Below are positions 58,042 through 64,000 of a DNA stretch of 64,000 nt, piece after piece (the first letter of the stretch is position 1; every line of letters starts with the position of its first letter). The DNA comes from a virus (taxonomy: Duplodnaviria; Caudoviricetes): the IMG/VR virus record IMGVR_UViG_3300009370_001679, positions 1 through 64,000 of that record. One strand, 5' to 3'. The notes below the pieces were generated by a model. That model was not told where the DNA came from and did not search any database. It saw nothing but the letters and a program-made list of their open reading frames with translations. Both the position numbers and the translations under genes were made by a program.

Positions 58042-59690
58042 CGTTGCCCTCCTTGGATTTTATTAGCCCTAATTTTTTCCCACTCGTTGTGCATCTCTCT
58101 CATTTTGGCCATATGGGTATATGCCAAGTTGACATCAAACTTACCCCAATTTCTTATGTTGTTGTTGAGGTGTGATTCATTGAAATAGAAATCAACATTT
58201 GTACTACTAGCGGTACACTTATACGTAATATCCCTCAGTGTTCTTTTCCACATATGGTTGCCAATCCAGTCTGGTCTTCGTAGAACATGACTAAAGAGGA
58301 AATCTACCTGCTCTTTGATGCTAAGGTTTGGCGGGATTTCAGTAGCGGATGGTAATATTCTTGGAGCGGAAAGCCATGTCTCGGCGTGATTTCTAACTGG
58401 CGTCTTCTCAAAATAATCTGCCCATTTGCTCGCAGTATCATCCCAGCTATATCGAGAAAGCGTGCTCTGCCTCATGTTATAGCCCGCCTGTTTACGTTTT
58501 TCATCGCTGGTATTGTAGAGGTCAGTAATATGCTGTAGCGCTACTTTGTTATCTGGGATAGCCCTATTACACCCCGTCTCACATTCCATTTGAAGGTAGC
58601 TTACCGGAACCTTGAAAGCCCCAATATTGTCTGCGACAGACTGCATAGCGGAATAGTCAACGGTAATGACGGGAACTCCCGACTGAGACGCTTCTAGTTG
58701 GGGCATGCCAAACCCTTCACTATTTGCATATTGTATATATACATCAAACAGGCTGTATATTTGCGCAAGTTCATCTCTTTCTATTTTATTGTTTATGCCA
58801 ACAAGCTCTCTTGTAAAGTTTGCGCACTGATAGCAATGATTAATAACATCATTAAAAAATGAGGCATTAATATGACCGCACTTCTTGCACCTGTATGTAA
58901 ATAAAACCCTATTGGTTAACCCATACTCTTGAAGAAGCTGAGGTATTTCCCAACCAATGTCAGGATAAGATGTGTGGCAATAAAGATATGCATTGGGAGC
59001 ATCGTTAGAGTCCAGAAACTCCCTGAATGTTTTAAACAAATCTGGAAACAGTTTTCTTCGCTGGTTCCTCATTACCGTACCAAGAATAAACGAATCTTCA
59101 GCTAGCCCAAAATTTAATTTATGCGAGATCTTGTCATGAACAATATCAAACTCCTGACTAGCACAGGGAGATGCTATATCTATAAAGTTCAAATCTTGGC
59201 ATTGCCCTAAGAGAACATCTTTGCCGAACTCGGAGTACGCAAACACGGCGTCTGCACTAGCGAAGGTGTCCATCCACTGGTTGTTTTGGGGGGCGGCGTC
59301 TACTGTCGGCATTATGCACCAATTAAAGAAATCTCGAAACGGAGTTCTTTGCTGGAATTCAAACATCCACCAGTCTCGTATGTCTACAACAAAGTCGGGC
59401 ATAAAGTCTAGCAAGACATGATTAAATGTATACTCACCAAATTCATACGATGGCTGTGACTTGTACTCATCCCACTCTGGACTGCCTTTTACGGGCTGGT
59501 TTGGAAATATAGTCCAATTACAGTTCTTGGCCTCTTTATTTGCCCTTGCTTGGTCTACATAACAGGCAAGCTCGGCAACCTCAAATCTAGGGTCTACACT
59601 CAGGCGAGAAAGAACCTCTTTTGTATATACAGAATACCCTGTAGGCAAGAAGTGTCCCTCTGAGCAGAAAAGTATTTTTTTACGTCTCAT
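58038..59690 (-). CDS. GT4 family glycosyltransferase with Zn-ribbon insertion
   Basis: TGY, VMRNQRRK, EGFGMPQLEA..SGVPVI; CKKC..CYQC insert. Confidence 0.85.
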   Translation of the reverse strand: MRRKKILFCSEGHFLPTGYSVYTKEVLSRLSVDPRFEVAELACYVDQARANKEAKNCNWTIFPNQPVKGSPEWDEYKSQPSYEFGEYTFNHVLLDFMPDFVVDIRDWWMFEFQQRTPFRDFFNWCIMPTVDAAPQNNQWMDTFASADAVFAYSEFGKDVLLGQCQDLNFIDIASPCASQEFDIVHDKISHKLNFGLAEDSFILGTVMRNQRRKLFPDLFKTFREFLDSNDAPNAYLYCHTSYPDIGWEIPQLLQEYGLTNRVLFTYRCKKCGHINASFFNDVINHCYQCANFTRELVGINNKIERDELAQIYSLFDVYIQYANSEGFGMPQLEASQSGVPVITVDYSAMQSVADNIGAFKVPVSYLQMECETGCNRAIPDNKVALQHITDLYNTSDEKRKQAGYNMRQSTLSRYSWDDTASKWADYFEKTPVRNHAETWLSAPRILPSATEIPPNLSIKEQVDFLFSHVLRRPDWIGNHMWKRTLRDITYKCTASSTNVDFYFNESHLNNNIRNWGKFDVNLAYTHMAKMREMHNEWEKIRANKIQGGQR

Positions 59691-60159
59691 GTCTTCTTAT
59701 TTTTCCTATTGCTGAGTATAGTAAACTATAGTATTCATTCTTTGAGAGGAAAAGCTCTCCGCAAATATCTTTTCTGGTATATCCTCTCGATTTAAAATCC
59801 AGTATTTTTCTTTCCATCGGTAACAGCTTATTCTTGTACGCGGCTAACAAACTCTGGAACTCCAGCATGTGGTGATCCTCTGTGTATTCAGACGGCGTGG
59901 CTATTTCTAGTTTTGATAGGCTCTGCCAGTCGCTCTCTTTCTTTAGAAATTTTATTAGGTGGTTTCTAACAGAGGAAAACATATAATTCCTGAGTGGGCC
60001 AATTTCAGCGTCATAATTTTTAATTGCCTGTAGGGAGCCCAAAAAAGCAACCTGAAGCAAGTCCTCAAACTCATAAGATTCAGACTGATCATTAAACTTT
60101 GTAACAAGATATATAATTACATCTAGGTTGTCGTCGATGCTCGCTTTAGTTCTGATCAT
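59680..60159 (-). CDS. Small sigma-70 family (region 2 + region 4) RNA polymerase sigma factor
   Basis: EDLLQ.AFLG...AI.NYD......Y....VRN (region 2); L.PMERKI......GYT.KDI..EL (region 4 HTH). Confidence 0.75.
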   Translation of the reverse strand: MIRTKASIDDNLDVIIYLVTKFNDQSESYEFEDLLQVAFLGSLQAIKNYDAEIGPLRNYMFSSVRNHLIKFLKKESDWQSLSKLEIATPSEYTEDHHMLEFQSLLAAYKNKLLPMERKILDFKSRGYTRKDICGELFLSKNEYYSLLYSAIGKIRRHET

Positions 60160-60487
60160 TCGGTCTTTCTTTTTCGTTGAAAATCTTAAAGCTCTGTACT
60201 CTGAAATTTATTTTTTGTTTGTTTTCACCTTGTGAGTTAGTCCATTTTTGCTGCCTAGCAGAGGCGTGGATAGCGATAATCTGGCCCTTTTTACAGATTT
60301 TATGTATGGTTGTTCCTCCACTATCCCAAGCCTCGAACTCAAAAAAATCCACTCGCTTCTTTTTATTACCCTCTTTATCTCTGCGGTATTCCTCAACGGC
60401 AAGAGAAAAGGTTACAAGCTGGGTATTCCCAACATCCCTTATTTCAGGGTCGGCAGTAAACCTTCCCACAAAGTTACAGTTATTCAT
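60146..60487 (-). CDS. ssb: Single-stranded DNA-binding protein
   Basis: MN....VGR.T.DPE.R, FSLAV, DFF..EAW, KG OB-fold signature. Confidence 0.9.
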   Translation of the reverse strand: MNNCNFVGRFTADPEIRDVGNTQLVTFSLAVEEYRRDKEGNKKKRVDFFEFEAWDSGGTTIHKICKKGQIIAIHASARQQKWTNSQGENKQKINFRVQSFKIFNEKERPNDQN

Positions 60488-60519
60488 TTACAATCTCCAA
60501 TAATGTATGTATATAGAAG

Positions 60520-60525
60520 ATTATA
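60520..60525 (-). promoter_or_regulatory. Possible sigma70 -10 box (TATAAT) upstream of ssb
   Basis: Perfect TATAAT in the only sizeable gap of the - arm; -35 match is weak. Confidence 0.35.
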
Positions 60526-60533
60526 GCCTATTA

Positions 60534-62087
60534 TTACGCTTGAGACACTTTGTTAATGACCAAACTTGTATCTTTTTTGCTGGATACTTGACCAAAGGCA
60601 ACAATTGTATTGCCTTCATATAGAATTTCCTTGAATTTGCCATATGTCTCAGGAAATATAACGGCAGAGTCAAGGGTTGCTGTAGAGTCTTCCACCGACA
60701 AGAAAGCCATAATCTGGCCCGGATTTTTACCGTTCTTTGTGGCATATTCTCGCAAGGAGTTTATATGGATTGCTACGTTTACCTTGCCCGTTCTACCGTT
60801 AACTATCTCTTTACATGTACAATTAACCGCCGCACTTTGTATGGCATCAGTTTTGGAGAAGGTTAGCGCCACGCCCATATATTTGTTTTCTGCATCTGCA
60901 ATCCAGTTAGGGTGGTCAGTAAGGTCAAACGGCGGAGACTCGATAATATTTCGGACATCAAACACTTTGATTAGTCTGTTAGAATTTATCTTTAGGTTAT
61001 TTATCATGTTATCTATAGCGGCAATTATAGAATCGTCTGGATTGTAGTTATTAGACAGCCATTCTCTTTCTCTAATGGACAAGTCTCTATAGCTCTTGTA
61101 TTCATAAAGAAGGGCATTTCTATGTTTAGTATTATTTTTACCATTAAAAGCGCCAACAGTAATGAGTGCCTCAATGCATGTCTTGTTTACTTTTAGACCT
61201 AAATTAAATAGAGTGTCTAACCAAGTGAACTCAGCAAAAGTTTTGCCTAGCTTTTCTTCTAGCTCTGGAACCAAATCCAACATCTTCTTGGTTTCAGCCG
61301 TACCAACACCTTTAATGTTTGTAATGCCAAAGTATATATTGCTTTCTGCCGCAGTAAAGGATGGATAGAAGTGCCCTAGTCTGGGAGGTAGGGTCTCTAT
61401 GTCATATAGCTTTGCGTCAGACACAAGCTCTTTGATTTCCACCTGTTGGTCGGGCTTTCTTTCTGAGTGATTGAGGTAAGACTCAAAGAACCTCATCTTT
61501 CTGTGAACCTTACAGTATGCACTTCTGTAGGCGTTAACAGCATAAGAAACAGCATGAGATTTATTAAACGCATAGCGATTAGATTTTTCAATCCAGCCAA
61601 AAATTTCTTCCGCTATCTCTTTATTAAGACCCTCAGTGCTTGTCACTCCAGACAGGAAAGATTTTTTAACCTTTGCCATCAAGCCCGCTTTCTTCTTACC
61701 GATAGCCTTACGGAGGTTGTCCGCTTCTTTTAGATCGAATCCAGCAAGCTGCTGGGCAATTTTCATGGACTGCTCTTGGTATACAAGAACCCCATAGGTT
61801 TCACTAAGGATTGGCTCAAGGCTCGGATGAAGATATTTGACTTCATCAATACCAGCTTTCCTATCTACGTAGTGCTGAGTCATGGACTTGCCCTCAGTAA
61901 AAGCCTTTAGACAGCCGGGCCTAATCAATGAAATAAGAGCCGACAGCTCTTCTATGCTACGAGGCTTAACTCGCCTCGCCCAAGACCTACCAAGTTGAGA
62001 CTCTAGCTGGAATACCCCTTTGGTTCTTCCGTCGCAAATCAAGTCCCACACTTTGTCATCATCAAAATCGTCAATATTAAATATCAT
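60534..62087 (-). CDS. dnaE: DNA polymerase III alpha, C-terminal part (fingers, HhH, OB)
   Basis: GVFQLES, LIRPG, TYGVLVYQEQ.M, AD.LRKAIGKKK, YAFNKSHAVSY, IKGVG, MAFL..ED. Confidence 0.92.
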   Translation of the reverse strand: MIFNIDDFDDDKVWDLICDGRTKGVFQLESQLGRSWARRVKPRSIEELSALISLIRPGCLKAFTEGKSMTQHYVDRKAGIDEVKYLHPSLEPILSETYGVLVYQEQSMKIAQQLAGFDLKEADNLRKAIGKKKAGLMAKVKKSFLSGVTSTEGLNKEIAEEIFGWIEKSNRYAFNKSHAVSYAVNAYRSAYCKVHRKMRFFESYLNHSERKPDQQVEIKELVSDAKLYDIETLPPRLGHFYPSFTAAESNIYFGITNIKGVGTAETKKMLDLVPELEEKLGKTFAEFTWLDTLFNLGLKVNKTCIEALITVGAFNGKNNTKHRNALLYEYKSYRDLSIREREWLSNNYNPDDSIIAAIDNMINNLKINSNRLIKVFDVRNIIESPPFDLTDHPNWIADAENKYMGVALTFSKTDAIQSAAVNCTCKEIVNGRTGKVNVAIHINSLREYATKNGKNPGQIMAFLSVEDSTATLDSAVIFPETYGKFKEILYEGNTIVAFGQVSSKKDTSLVINKVSQA

Positions 62088-62761
62088 TCAACTTCTTCCC
62101 ACCTTGCTGTAAATTCCTTAAATTCCTTTTGTAGCCCTTTTATCGTCTGATTATCAAATATATTTTGAGCGGTTTTAGGTTCTGGATTTTGAATATGGGC
62201 GCCATGAATCCCAGACTTGTCATCAATACAGCTAAAATCATTACCGATTTTTGCTTGAATACCCCGATGAGAACTTATGGAAAAATCTCTTTCTATTAAA
62301 TCTCTACGCTCTTTATCTATGGTGCTATTGAAACGATTCTCTAGCTTTTTAAAAATATAGTCAAAGTTATTCCAAAAGGATTCATACTTAAGAATAACAA
62401 CATCTTTACCATCATCGCGAATAGAGTCAACAAACTCCCAAAAACTACGATGATGGCCTAAACTCTCATGGCAAACAGGCATATGTTCTTCTTGCTTCTT
62501 TTTTGAAATTCTCACAAGAGAAGCCGCTGTATCTATAGGGTTTCTTATAGTGCATATAGCAGGTAACTCTTTGGTGGGAAAATGACTAACCCCCTGAACC
62601 CTACATCCAAATACCCAAATATTATAGTCGATTGGATGGAAGTAGTGAACTTCAGAAAAAACATTTCTTAATATTCTATTTACTAACGTTGACCCGCTAC
62701 GAGAGATTGACCACTGTAAAACCGTTTTCTCTATGATAGGATTAAACGTAGAATTCGCCAT
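62084..62761 (-). CDS. PAPS-dependent sulfotransferase-like protein
   Basis: SISRSGSTL (5'-PSB loop), IRNPID.AAS (3'-PB), LKYE; start uncertain (ATG 62761 or TTG 62779). Confidence 0.6.
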   Translation of the reverse strand: MANSTFNPIIEKTVLQWSISRSGSTLVNRILRNVFSEVHYFHPIDYNIWVFGCRVQGVSHFPTKELPAICTIRNPIDTAASLVRISKKKQEEHMPVCHESLGHHRSFWEFVDSIRDDGKDVVILKYESFWNNFDYIFKKLENRFNSTIDKERRDLIERDFSISSHRGIQAKIGNDFSCIDDKSGIHGAHIQNPEPKTAQNIFDNQTIKGLQKEFKEFTARWEEVE

Positions 62762-63431
62762 TTGCAAATGCTTTCTCAAACTTAGTCTTCTGTGAAATGT
62801 TTCTTTGAAACTTCAGGAACTTAATGAGGATATTTGCCGTATCCTTTACGTCTTGAAGGGCGTCGTGAGCGTTCTCTTTGCTCTCTTCTGGGAATCCCAT
62901 ATACTCTCGCAGGAAGTCCATGCTGATACTCTTAAAGTCTCGATTGTTTTCTGTCCAAGAGAATACCATATCCATCAAGTCGAGCTTGAAGATCGGATTG
63001 AAGATAGACTGCCGACCTCTAGTATCGGTAGTGCCGTACATCTCGCACATTCTCTGAGCAATAGGTAAGTCAAAACCAATAATATTATATCCAGCGGCTA
63101 TAGGTGCAGTATAAGACGAGCCTCTGAAGTTGAACTTATTACAGAAGTCCTCAAACTTTTTCCATACTGTTTTTGGCAATGGGGCTTTAGCAAGAGCTTT
63201 TCTGTTCTTGCCAGTAATCTCTAACGCTTCCTCCTCTAGTGGGTCAACTCCGGCTTCAATAGCTTTCTTATCGTCAATGATAGGTCTAATCTCACTATTA
63301 AAAATTCCGCCCGGCTGAATTGTTAGCTTACGCCCGTGTAGAGCGATAGCCGCAATCTGTGTTGGTTGTGTTGTGAGCGGGTTTCTAGAGCCTGTCTCAA
63401 AGTCAAACACAATTATATCTCTAAAATTCAT
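62742..63431 (-). CDS. DEDDh 3'-5' exonuclease (DnaQ/epsilon-like)
   Basis: FDFETG (ExoI), GYNIIGFD (ExoII), HDALQD (ExoIII). Confidence 0.88.
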   Translation of the reverse strand: MNFRDIIVFDFETGSRNPLTTQPTQIAAIALHGRKLTIQPGGIFNSEIRPIIDDKKAIEAGVDPLEEEALEITGKNRKALAKAPLPKTVWKKFEDFCNKFNFRGSSYTAPIAAGYNIIGFDLPIAQRMCEMYGTTDTRGRQSIFNPIFKLDLMDMVFSWTENNRDFKSISMDFLREYMGFPEESKENAHDALQDVKDTANILIKFLKFQRNISQKTKFEKAFANGEFYV

Positions 63432-63655
63432 TTAAGTGATCCTTTTAATTCAACAAACTTGTTAACAGCTTCATCTATGTCTTTAAAGATTTCGCTATAC
63501 TTACAACGAGGGTTATCTGAGTGTACCTGATAAGCACCAGTAACATACCCTTTATATTGTGGTAGAAAATGTCTCAAATCGCACAAGCTTATGCTTTTAG
63601 ATTCAATGGCGCAGCCAGAAAAAATGACCGACTTGTAATCCCGCTTAATACTCAT
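63428..63655 (-). CDS. Small hypothetical protein
   Basis: 75 aa, AAGGAG SD, coupled to both neighbours. Confidence 0.6.
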   Translation of the reverse strand: MSIKRDYKSVIFSGCAIESKSISLCDLRHFLPQYKGYVTGAYQVHSDNPRCKYSEIFKDIDEAVNKFVELKGSLK

Positions 63656-63657
63656 TC

Positions 63658-64000
63658 TTACTCCTTAATTTCCATGATTTTACTAAGTAGGTCAATACCC
63701 AGTATATCAAATTTAACATGTCCTTGATCTTCTAAATCGCCCATTTCAAAACCGGCGATGAGATTTTTACTTTTATCTTTAACCATAGGACAAACTTTAT
63801 TTAGTTTATTTGCTGATATAATAACTCCAGCAGCGTGTTTCCCTTGAGATTTTATCGTACCTTCAATGTCAATTGCTTGCTGAAAAATTGCTGCGAACGG
63901 GCCAACTAGATCATTATCACTATTTAGCTTACACCACCTATCTAGAACTTCTGGCTGATAAGCAAGTGTCCATCGAATTAGTGAGCCTTCACCGCTTTCC
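63658..64000 (-). CDS. dnaE: DNA polymerase III alpha, upstream part (palm region), truncated by window edge; not in the ORF track
   Basis: Manual translation: ...IEGTIKSQGKHAAGVIIS...CPM...AGFEMGDLEDQGHVKFDILGIDLLSKIMEIKE-stop (TAA at 63658-63660). Confidence 0.9.
   Translation of the reverse strand, partial: ESGEGSLIRWTLAYQPEVLDRWCKLNSDNDLVGPFAAIFQQAIDIEGTIKSQGKHAAGVIISANKLNKVCPMVKDKSKNLIAGFEMGDLEDQGHVKFDILGIDLLSKIMEIKE

Larger units (their letters stand above)
1..64000. mobile_element. Segment of a large tailed dsDNA bacteriophage genome (siphovirus-like tail module plus replication/glycosylation arm)
   Basis: Tape measure, tail tube and fibre genes on +; DnaE, exonuclease, SSB and sigma on -; tight stop/start overlaps; no host housekeeping operons; no tail sheath gene seen in the window. 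Confidence 0.93.

Noticed and set aside
43185-59690. A bacterial O-antigen/capsule locus joined to a prophage
   Set aside because: No Wzx/Wzy/ABC exporter or priming transferase, and the genes overlap seamlessly with phage-type sigma, SSB and endonuclease genes on both sides.
61540-61590. Split intein in DnaE as in cyanobacteria
   Set aside because: The canonical site reads YAFNKSH uninterrupted, and neither half ends or begins with intein blocks.
1-64000. Stop-codon reassignment as seen in some large phages
   Set aside because: Code 11 gives near-complete coding density with multi-kb ORFs, and TAA, TAG and TGA all end genes at tight junctions.

Overview
The whole 64 kb window reads as part of a large tailed dsDNA phage genome (standard code 11, dense genes, strong GGAG/AAGGA Shine-Dalgarno sites). 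I saw no tRNA, rRNA, CRISPR array or integrase. It has two convergent arms that meet at back-to-back intrinsic terminators near 41.2-41.3 kb. The plus arm (1-41.2 kb) is a virion module: fibre and adhesin proteins, neck/head-tail proteins, tail tube, two paralogous chaperone-like genes, a 3575-aa tape-measure protein, and 3034-aa and 1260-aa tail-tip proteins. A TTGTGTAT motif lies in five of its six larger intergenic gaps. The minus arm (41.3-64 kb) carries an intein-free split DnaE polymerase with a DEDDh exonuclease and a sulfotransferase-like gene between the halves, then SSB, a small sigma factor, an ~16.5 kb, 19-gene glycan-synthesis cluster (including a ColD-like dehydratase and a WcaG/ColC-like reductase, suggesting GDP-colitose or GDP-fucose), a NUMOD3/Vsr-like endonuclease and a putative single-strand annealing protein. 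The most striking candidate systems are (1) a tape-measure polyprotein divided by five copies of a module normally found once at the C-terminus, with cargo-like domains (one nuclease-like) between copies, (2) the phage glycan-synthesis cluster and (3) the split DnaE. All calls come from motif recognition by eye; no searches were run.
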